Of a stretch of 45,307 bases of DNA, positions 36,005 through 45,307 are shown piece after piece. A program made the translations under genes and the position numbers. The stretch is from positions 1 through 45,307 of the forward strand of contig NIVC01004453.1 in assembly GCA_002269645.1 (NCBI GenBank), in the 5' to 3' direction. Under the pieces are notes generated by a model. It made no database searches and was not told where the DNA came from. It saw only the letters and a list, made by a program, of their open reading frames with translations. Source of the stretch: Macrostomum lignano. Taxonomy: Eukaryota. The stretch's first letter is position 1, and the number at the start of each line of letters is the position of its first letter.

Positions 36005-36960
36005 GCGCCAGCACCAAGGGGCGCCAGCACCGTGCCAGCACCAAGGGGCGCCAGCACCGTGCCAGCACCAAGGGGCGCCAGCACCAAGGCTTTCGCACCA
36101 AGGGGCTTTAGCACCAAGGGGCTTTACCACCAAGGGGCGCCAGCACCAAGGGGCTTTAGCACCAAGGGGCTTTAGCACCAAGGGGCTTTAGCACCAAGGG
36201 GCTTTAGCACCAAGGGGCTTTAGCACCAAGGGGCTTTAGCACCAAGGGGCTTTAGCACCAAGGGGCTTTAGCACCAAGGGGCTTTAGCACCAAGGGGCGC
36301 CAGCACCAAGGGGCTTTAGCACCAAGGGGCGCCAGCACCTTGGGGATTTAGCACCAAGGGGCGCCAGCACCTTGGGGATTTAGCACCAAGGGGCTTTAGC
36401 ACCAAGGGGCTTTAGCACCAAGGGGCTTTAGCACCAAGGGGCTTTAGCACCAAGGGGCGCACCAAGGGGCGCCAGCACCAAGGGGCGCCAGCACCAAGGG
36501 GCGCCAGCACCAAGGGGCGCCAGCACCAAGGGGCGCCAGCACCAAGGGGCGCCAGCACCAAGGGGCGCCAGCACCAAGGGGCGCCAGCACCAAGGGGCGC
36601 CAGCACCAAGGGGCGCCAGCACCAAGGGGCGCCAGCACCAAGGGGCGCCAGCACCAAGGGGCGCCAGCACCAAGGGGCGCCAGCACCAAGGGGCGCCAGC
36701 ACCAAGGGGCGCCAGCACCAAGGGGCGCCAGCACCAAGGGGCGCCAGCACCAAGGGGCGCCAGCACCAAGGGGCGCCAGCACCAAGGGGCGCCAGCACCA
36801 AGGGGCGCCAGCACCAATTAAGGGGCGCCAGCACCAATTAAGGGGCGCCAGCACCAATTAAGGGGCGCCAGCACCAATTAAGGGGCGCCAGCACCAATTA
36901 AGGGGCGCCAGCACCAAGGGGCGCCAGCACTTTTGATGGCGCCAGCACCAAGGGGCTTTA
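36005..36960. repeat. Intronic GC-rich 16-bp minisatellite GCACCAAGGGGC(GCCA/TTTA)
   Basis: About 58 units arranged as homogeneous blocks of variants. Confidence 0.96.
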
Positions 36961-37068
36961 GCCATCAAAAAATTATAATTTTGCCAGACTATGTGGCGGG
37001 CCACAGCCCCTCTGCCCCCTGACCACGCCTCTAAAAGTGCGCATGCATGTACATGTACATTCACTCAC

Positions 37069-37367
37069 GGAAACGGATTTGCCAGGCACTGCAGCGCAAC
37101 CATTGGAAGCTGCAGCTTCAATACGACTTAGATCAGCGGCAGTCTCTGGTGGATCAATAGATTTATCCAATAGGCAGTTCTCCCTGATGCTAATCGAATA
37201 GTCCTTCTCTTGCTGTTCCGGCTGTTGCACTTCTTCTGTACTGCTTCTGCTGCTGCTGCTGCTACTAGAAGCCAGCAAGCCATACTCGACTGAATCTGCT
37301 GGTTCTGATGAATCTGACAAAGAAATTGTTTTGGCTTTTTGGCTCGACTGGCTTGTCTGGTAGCTTG
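37069..37367 (-). CDS. Probable N-terminal cytoplasmic exon of the MFS transporter (5' boundary uncertain)
   Basis: Open frame ..SDSSEPADSVEYGLL...AAVPGKSVS ends at a strong donor TCC|GTGAGT, phase 0, in frame with CAG|ATG at 35827; no ATG in the exon, possibly supplied by ATG-G|GTAAGA at 38164-38167. Confidence 0.5.
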
Positions 37368-37429
37368 CTGTGTTCTAGATATTGTAGTAACGGAGACAGT
37401 TCCGCCTAGTGATTACTGAAACATTCCAC

Positions 37430-37975
37430 CTTAGCAATTGAGACATCTTCCCTTAGCAACTGACACATTTCTCCCTTACGATTGAGACATATTTACCTTA
37501 GCAACTGAGACATATTTCCCTTAGCAACTGAGACATATTTACCTTAGCAACTGAGACATTTTTCCTTAGCAACAGAGACATTTTCCAATAGCAACTGAGA
37601 CATTTTTCCCTTAGCAACTGAGACATTTTCCCTTAGCAACTGAGACATATTTACCTTAGCAACTGAGACATTTTTCCTTAGCAACAGAGACATTTTCCAA
37701 TAGCAACTGAGACATTTTTCCCTTAGCAACTGAGACATTTTCCCTTAGCAACTGAGACATATTTACCTTAGCAACTGAGACATATTTACCTTAGCAACTG
37801 AGACATATTTCCGTTAGCAACAGAGACATTTTTCCCTTAGCAATTGAGACATATTTCCCTTAGCAACAGAGACATTTTCCCTTAGCAACAGAGACATTTT
37901 TTCCCTTAGCAATTGAGACATATTTCCCTTAGCAACTGAGCATTTTCCCTTAGAAACTGAAACATTTCTTAGCAA
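37430..37975. repeat. 21-24-bp minisatellite CCTTAGCAACTGAGACATATTT
   Basis: About 24 tandem units. Confidence 0.93.
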
Positions 37976-38804
37976 ATGAAGACATGAACCGAAGCAAATG
38001 AAGTTCATTAGCAAATGAACCGAAATATTTTTGCTTTGACAACTTCCGTAAAAGGAGTTGGAACATGCTGATGCTACAGTAGCTACACCTTCAAATTACA
38101 TGTACTTCTATAAGAAGCGATATTATACCGATCATATTAAATCAATTAGAAATTGAATCTTACCCATTTACAGTGTATGACAGTTCCAACAACAATCTAA
38201 CCTTCAGCTTGTTGAAGCCAGTATTGTATTATCTAAGCTGTAAGGCTCTCCCTACATAAATATATACGCATGGCGAGAGCCTGACCTGAAGCAGTTGCAC
38301 CCTGGCACCCACAGTAAGTTGTTTTTTGCCAGTTTATACTGGTCAAACCCTGCACTGCCGCCTCCCCAGTCGCCAATTGATGCAAAAAACTGGCAGTCAA
38401 TGTACACTCTTGCTCTGTGGGGTTGGGGGTGGGGAGTCAATGTACATTGGCTGCTTTAACAAGACTAATAAAACTCTTTGCAAATGTACTTTTTTCTCTC
38501 TGCAAATATATACTGCATTAGTGATGCTGCGTACTTTAATGGCATGAACTATGGACTTCGGACTTTAAATTGATCATGACAATGATGATAATCTTTTAAA
38601 AAATGCGAATAAATAAATTAATCCACTCCTTTGCTTTTTACATTAGCTTATGTGAAATGCTGTTTATGCAAAGATACTACAGCCAGTTTCAAAAAGATTC
38701 GTGTTCCAATTTTAAATATTTTTTAACCCTCGTTTCACCCAAAAACAGTTTCATACTCATAAATGCATATCATGCTTTACTTTATTGAATTTTTTGTCTG
38801 GTTT

Positions 38805-39965
38805 ACAGTTGGGTGAGTGTCTGATGTACAGTTGGGTGAGTGTCTGATGTACAGTTGGGTGAGTGTCTGATGTACAGTTGGGTGAGTGTCTGATGTACAG
38901 TTGGGTGAGTGTCTGATGTACAGTTGGGTGAGTGTGTCACACCTGGCTGTTGAGTGTCTGATGTACAGTTGGGTGAGTGTGTCACACCTGGCTGCTGAGT
39001 GTCTGATGTACAGTTGGGTGAGTGTCTGATGTACAGTTGGGTGAGTGTCTGATGTACAGTTGGGTGAGTGTGTCACACCTGGCTGTTGAGTGTCTGATGT
39101 ACAGTTGGGTAAGTGTGTCACACCTGGCTGTTGAGTGTCTGATGTACAGTTGGGTGAGTGTGTCACACCTGGCTGTTGAGTGTCTGATGTACAGTTGGGT
39201 GAGTGTGTCACACCTGGCTGTTGAGTGTCTGATGTACAGTTTGGTGAGTGTGTCACACCTGGCTGTTGAGTGTCTGATGTACAGTTGGGTGAGTGTGTCA
39301 TGTCTGATGTCCAGTTGGGTGAGTGTGTCACACCTGGCTGTTGAGTGTCTGATGTACAGTTGGGTGAGTGTGTCACACCTGGCTGTTGAGTGTCTGATGT
39401 ACAGTTGGGTGAGTGTGTCATGTCTGATGTACAGTTGGGTGAGTGTGTCACACCTGGCTGTTGAGTGCCTGATGTACAGTTGGGTGAGTGTGTCACACCT
39501 GGCTGTTGAGTGTCTGATGTACAGTTTGGTGAGTGTGTCACACCTGGCTGTTGAGTGTCTGATGTACAGTTGGGTGAGTGTGTCATGTCTGATGTCCAGT
39601 TGGGTGAGTGTGTCACACCTGGCTGTTGAGTGTCTGATGTACAGTTGGGTGAGTGTGTCACACCTGGCTGTTGAGTGTCTGATGTACAGTTGGGTGAGTG
39701 TGTCATGTCTGATGTACAGTTGGGTGAGTGTGTCACACCTGGCTGTTGAGTGCCTGATGTACAGTTGGGTGAGTGTCACACCTGGCTGTTGAGTGCCTGA
39801 TGTACAGTTGGGTGAGTGTCACACCTGGCTGTTGAGTGCCTGATGTACAGTTGGGTGAGTGTCACACCTGGCTGTTGAGTGCCTGATGTACAGTTGGGTG
39901 AGTGTCACACCTGGCTGTTGAGTGCCTGATGTACAGTTGGGTGAGTGTCACACCTGGCTGTTGTG
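38805..39965. repeat. Composite minisatellite: 23-bp GTGTCTGATGTACAGTTGGGTGA alternating with 22-bp GTGTGTCACACCTGGCTGTTGA
   Basis: Monomer run followed by 45-bp dimer units. Confidence 0.95.
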
Positions 39966-40802
39966 TCTGATTTCGGATATCGAGTAAGGTATACAAAGAC
40001 TGCAATCATGTCGTGTGGCTTAAGAATGATTAAATAACCAACAATAGAATGGCACCAAACAGAAACATTGTTTGTACACAAAAACAAAAAACTTTTAACA
40101 GAAGAGGCATAGAGCATTGCTGCAACAACCGCCATCGATTTATTTCGGAGCGCGTCCGAAAAAAACTAAAAGTACATAGAAAGTACACCCTGTACTCTCT
40201 GCGTTTCTTTTCAAAGGGCAAAATTATGGCAAATTGATGAATGCAGTTTCATTAAAGTCAAAACCCAAGTCAAAGAGTCACGTAAAAAAGGTTATTATAT
40301 ATTATCTGGACACCTACCAGACTCCTCAGTATTGATTTCCCTATAAGTGCTGGTCTCAATAATGCATATTATCAGTGCATAGCGAGTTCCATATCCCAGC
40401 GACACCAGGATAAAAGCAAAACCAACTTGAACCACACACACACACACACACACAAAACTAGAAAACCAATAACATTGTAATAGATAGACATTTGCTACTA
40501 AAATACAAAATCAAATTAGCGTGCATGGGAAAGCGATTTAAACAAAAAATCTGGATTTACATATCAGCGGTTTGTGTAGCTTACAGTCTGACTATCCACT
40601 GTCTATCTGCTTGTAAGGGCAGGTTTGGTTTAGCGTAAATATAAAAAATAAAAAGTACATATTTCTCTCCGATCCAATACTCAAGTCAAAATTGCGAAAA
40701 GCATTCATGAACTTATTGACAGAATTAATCAAACGATTTAACAATTAATCACCCACTCCTCTATTTAATATTAGTACGACAAAGAAGTACTTTCGTTCAA
40801 TA

Positions 40803-40891
40803 AAATTTAATTTTAATTTAAATTCGCGCTAAAACTACTTGCAGTTCGTGAAAAACGATTTTGGCGCGAGTTTAAAAATGAAATTAAATTT
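40803..40891. repeat. ~90-bp imperfect hairpin downstream of HERPUD
   Basis: AAATTTAATTTTAATTTAAATTCGCGCTAAAA pairs with TTTTGGCGCGAGTTTAAAAATGAAATTAAATTT. Confidence 0.65.
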
Positions 40892-41119
40892 ATCAAATAA
40901 ATGTACAATAATTTTTTTTGCGTTTAAACCTTCCAAGTACTACTAAAAGTAGAAAAACTGGACTCTGCTTACATGAAACTTTGTTTTATGCATGACTCCA
41001 GTTTTTCACTTAAGGAGTCGTCCTTGAAAATTTGGCGCAAAAATTTTTTTTTTGACGCAGCAACTTCGAAAATGAGTCACGCGGTAATAAAATCACCATT
41101 ATAGAAATCAATAATTCAT

Positions 41120-41610
41120 TTATTGATTAGCCAACGGAGGCGGCCGCTCCGGCACCAGCGAAGTGATGAAGGCCACAAGCGTCGTTAGTAGAGCGTCCAA
41201 AAAGGCAGCCAAAGTTTCTGTTAGAGTGGCGGCGCGCTGCGGTGGCGCCGGGCCCGGCGCCTCTTGCGAAGCGCCAGATTCCGATGGCGCACCGGCAGCG
41301 TCGGGCTCGGTGACCTCAGCTGGAGCGGCTGCTGGAGGCGCTGCCGCTTCAGCAGCGGCTGGATTTCTCACAAACAGCCGGTGCAAAAACCCAGCCTGAA
41401 TAACTTGCATAACAAAGAATATAGCGAAAGCGCTGATTGCTTTGCCAGCCGAACTATAATAGAAAATGATTAACGACATCAAGGCGCAACGGACGGCAAT
41501 GTGAAACCATTCGCGTATACCGCCAGCACCGCCGTTCACTCGGGCTTCGGCTGCGTCTAGGGCAGCGGCGCCTCCATCCAGTTCGGCTGCAGGATCTGGG
41601 GCTATCGGGA

Positions 41611-41644
<34 letters not shown>

Positions 41645-42070
41645 TTGCGGCTGGAACCTCTGGCGCACGCAGTCGCGATAATGAGTCAGCACATATTGCG
41701 AGTACTCATGCCACAGTGCTGACAGCTCGTCATTGTTGTCATGATTACTACTATGAGCAATCAATGATGCCGAGGCACCCATGGACATGGCTGGAGCGCT
41801 GATACTTCTAGCTGGCGATGAGCAAGCGCCGCCTGGCAACACCAGGTGTACAACTCGAGCTGGCGCCTGGCTTTGGCCCAATGCCTGGCCAAGCGGCTCC
41901 TCGTTGTCTAGCAACCGGCCAGCATATACAATTCGTTGAGTGTCGGCCGCTGGCCTGCCCGGATACACCTGGCTAAGGTGCTGCTTCAATTCGGACACTC
42001 GCCAGTTGGCTTGGCAACTAATGCTGACATCTCTCTCGCGACCAGATGGGCAGCGGATTGTGATCTCCAT
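41120..42070 (-). CDS. HERPUD: HERPUD-like ER membrane ubiquitin-like domain protein (single coding exon, 316 aa)
   Basis: N-terminal UBL (WRVSELKQHLSQVYPGRPAADTQRIVYAGRLL), hydrophobic segment (IREWFHIAVRCALMSLIIFYYSS), C-terminal FITSLVPERPP matching HERP FF.SL.PEGPP; polyQ tract. Confidence 0.88.
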
Positions 42071-42789
42071 GGCAACTAGATGTGCAATGCATAAATTTTT
42101 ACAAAATTATCTTATTTTTTATACAAAATAGATAATAAGCTTCATAATTTTTCCATGATACTTTTAAGCTAGGCATATTAGAATAATATAAATATTCCAA
42201 AGTCTCTGCTATCTCATTATTTGGTTCTAATTATTTAGGTGAACCTATTTATTAGCTTAGGTAATTAGGTCAGGTTGGATTACTGTCTGTTTAAATCAAG
42301 TGACTCTTAAACTACAAGTGAAAAAGAAGGTGAGAGGTTGAATAAGTGGCAAGGAAGGCTAGCTTCTGGCTTGGTTTTAATATTGGTTTATTTAGAATTT
42401 TTAGTCTTTTGCATTAGAGAATGATTCAGATAGTACATGACTACTTTTCATTGGCTGAGATTGAGTTGTGTCCTTGGGCTTAGCAACTAATTTTTGTTTG
42501 TTGGAGTGCATTGATTGGTTGGAAATATATTCAAATTTGCTTGTTAAAGTGCATTGATTGGTTAGAAATACATTAAAATTTGCTTATTGGAGTGCAATAA
42601 TTGATTAGAAAAGGATTAAAATTTGCTTGTTAAAGTGCATTAATTAGTTAGAAATATATTCTTTTAGGGCCAAAATGTATGACTTTAATTATACAATATA
42701 TAAAACAGTTTGGGTATAGATAAGCAAAGTAAGATCTAAAATTATATTCTAATAGGTATCAAAAAGTAGAGACAAACAAAAGAAAACAA

Positions 42790-43360
42790 GTAACAAGATG
42801 GCCACATACCAAGATAGCCACAGCTCTAAATGTTTAAATAGATAATAATAAGACTAGGTACATATATTTAACTCCTTTCCTTTTTTAGTAATTAGGAAAA
42901 TAGACGTTATAATAGAATTGTATTATAATCATTCCATTTGGACTTTAGCCTAGCTTTTATTGTAGCCTGACCTATAGGGGCCTACCTATTTATCCACTAC
43001 ATGAAGCAAGTAACCTAACACAAAATAAATACCCTATGACATTCCCATATTTATCCTAATTATTTGCATAGCTAGCATTATCATTCGCAATAGTTTCTTA
43101 ATAAACTGATCGTGATAGATTTGATAGATGTGATGATAGAGAATAAATTGGCAAAAACACTAAAAAATATTAAAGGTTTTTTATTATAAGCAGGCCTAAT
43201 TAGTTTCAAATCTATTATTGTATTAGTATTTATGAATATAATTGATTAAACAAAAATAATTTAATATATTATATTGCTAATTTATGATAGATAGAAAGAG
43301 AATAGATATAATAAATACTCAATGTTGTGGCCATCTTGGTGTATGGCCATCTTGGTCTTA
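42790..43360. mobile_element. Possible MITE with doubled CAAGATGGCCAC terminal motifs
   Basis: ACAAGATGGCCACATACCAAGATAGCCAC at ~42793 is inverted relative to GTGGCCATCTTGGTGTATGGCCATCTTGG at ~43327. Confidence 0.45.
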
Positions 43361-44236
43361 CACCCTTATCAAATACCTTGATTTACAAACTTAAAAGCCA
43401 ACTATTTTTATATTTTGATTAATATTAATAAATATATTTAGAATTAAGTTTTTTATTTTTTTTATATACTTTTTTATATTTATTATTACTTTTTTAGTTT
43501 TATATTACTATAAATATTGCCAATATTATTGATACAGGAAGTTAAACAGGTTGAACTGAAATAAATTAATGAATACCTTAATAAATAGTTTATAGTTATC
43601 TTATTATAATCAGAGACTATTTCATATTTAGCCCTGTAACTGTATCTTTTATTTTCATAATGAGTTTAAACTAACTAAAGCTGCTAAATTCAGTTTAGGT
43701 GTGAATATAGCTTAGCATTTTTATTAGCTTGTACTATATCTATAAATAATGGAAAGTACAAAGGAAGCCAAAGGTGTTTCAAAACTAAAAAAATGATGAA
43801 TGATATCATACCCCACTTATTTGCCTTCAAAAGGATGGATTTGTGGTTAAATGTAACTGGACCATAGCTACAAGTACTATACTATACATTATATAAACTT
43901 AGTATTTATTTTAGTTGTGTAAATAATGTGTAAATAGGCCCTAGGCCTATACTATGTAAATAATGACAGTACCCATTAAATGGGTGCCCATTTTTTAGCC
44001 ATTTAATTAGGGAAATTACTTTTTAAACCTTAAGTCTGGGGTTCTAAAAAATCTACTAAAAGTCTAGGTCTAGCTAGTCAAAGTCTAAAGCTTTTGAAAT
44101 AATTATTGTTTATTTAGAAAAGTGAAAACCTATATTTTTTAAATCTATTCACAAAAGATATTTTCACAAAAATATATCATCGCAGTCAATGTATGTTTTG
44201 AAAAGCTACTAGCAAAGCAAAGCAAACCGACCGATA

Positions 44237-44254
44237 TTACGCACGCGTGCGTAA
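44237..44254. promoter_or_regulatory. Perfect 18-bp palindrome TTACGCACGCGTGCGTAA, candidate promoter element
   Basis: Self-complementary, flanked by ACCGAT/ATCGGT, CpG-rich within very AT-rich DNA; function is inference. Confidence 0.3.
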
Positions 44255-44431
44255 AGATCGGTGATATGATAATAATGTATCTACGAAACTTGAATCAATC
44301 GATCATGATTAAATGATGACAATTATGAAAATCAAATTTGTTTGTAACACTTAATTCTACGTCACAGTAAAAAAGCTCCAATTTATTTACTTCTTGTGCA
44401 CTAAAGCTTTGCTTTTGAAATTCAAAATCAG

Positions 44432-44982
44432 TTGAAAGTACAAAGCAAAAGCTTAAAAAAGAAATTACTGCACTTTTTGTTGAAACTATAAAATATTTAG
44501 GTAAGTAATTCCGGCAGAGTATTTTTTGAAAACTCTCTAACATTACTTACTTACTTTTCTAAAATTCCGTTCTGAGTGAATTCTTTTTTACTTTGTGTTA
44601 GGAGCAGCAAAAAATCTAAGTACTGTTAAAGCCAGGTTTATGTGAATAAATATTACAATTATCAGCCAGTCATCCCACCTAATAAACTTTAGTACTTAAT
44701 ATTAATATTATTGCTACTAATGTTAAATATTTCTTTAGTAAAAAAAATACAAGTTTTTGTTTTTCCTGGGAAATTGAGCCAATTATAAAATATAAAATTG
44801 TTAAAAAAAGTGCAGTAATTTGAAATTAGTATATTCTAACACGCGCGCAATTTAGCAACTAGATTTTTTAGACTTACGCCGGACTTAAAACGCATATTTC
44901 TTACACGGTCATCATTATTTAAGAAGTCTGTGGTGGCATCTTCTTTATCTGATTTTACCTCACCTAAAATGGAAAAAGAAAA
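44432..44982 (+). CDS. Possible partial unidentified gene running off the right edge (candidate exons 44432-44500, 44602-44635, 44872-44982)
   Basis: Three AG/GT-bounded segments join in phase (1,2,2) into ESTKQKLKKEITALFVETIKYLGAAKNLSTVKARLTPDLKRIFLTRSSLFKKSVVASSLSDFTSPKMEKE; no homology recognised. Confidence 0.3.
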
Positions 44983-45307
44983 GTAAGTCTTCTACAAAAA
45001 TCCTTTATTTAATTTGACATTTACTTTTGGCCTATTAATATTGTCTGCTATACATTAATTAGGCCTATAATTACAACTAGGGGCCTAACTTTTATTAATT
45101 TATTAATAAAACCTAAAAGCCAATAATGACAATAAGTTTGCTATTTAATAATAAATAAATATAAAAATAAGTCTAAATTATATATTTGCTAGCCCAAACC
45201 CTAAACTCTTGTCAGACTCCAATCCAATCCAATATAAGTTAGACCTAATATGACCTTTATGCCCTATGTTATGGCCCTATGCCTATGGCTTATAAACAGA
45301 TATCAAT

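Noticed and set aside
40313-40424. Possible minus-strand exon (GFAFILVSLGYG...EES) with donor G|GTAGGT
   Set aside because: Weak acceptor after a TG microsatellite, no homology, no partner exon identified
15954-42070. Functional cluster of ER/secretory genes (SARAF, HERPUD, NERD1-like, MFS) as a co-regulated system
   Set aside because: Mixed orientations, no shared upstream motif found (no ERSE/UPRE consensus seen), and membrane proteins are common enough for chance adjacency

Overview
This is eukaryotic (animal) genomic DNA, not prokaryotic. It has spliced genes with GT-AG introns, AT-rich intergenic DNA and many minisatellites. The style (GC-rich exons, introns filled with private minisatellites, splice acceptors just before start codons) suggests a flatworm such as Macrostomum, but that is inference. 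Five protein-coding genes can be reconstructed by hand with consistent splice phases: a divergent RPS15A/uS8 (+, 2 exons, 130 aa); a shortened homolog of the Arabidopsis NERD1/At3g51050 FG-GAP membrane protein (-, 4 exons); SARAF/TMEM66 (+, 3 exons, 327 aa); an MFSD4-like MFS transporter (-, at least 4 exons); and an intronless HERPUD-like protein (-). A possible partial gene lies at the right edge. The first 10.6 kb holds two ~3-kb Helitron-like elements in inverted orientation, each carrying a ~1.5-kb GA tract. Between them lie a Harbinger-like MITE, a GCGCCG motif island and a decayed Mutator-type transposase fragment. The most striking oddities are: (i) a 64-bp piece of 28S rRNA (helix 69 region) inside the RPS15A intron, with exactly the R2/I-PpoI cleavage site replaced; (ii) about a dozen unrelated, locus-private minisatellites next to exon borders, several of which resemble splice sites; (iii) alternating TE-rich/AT-rich 5' domains and minisatellite-rich/high-GC3 3' domains. 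Most long ORFs in the supplied track are repeat artefacts. All homology calls come from remembered family motifs, not database searches.
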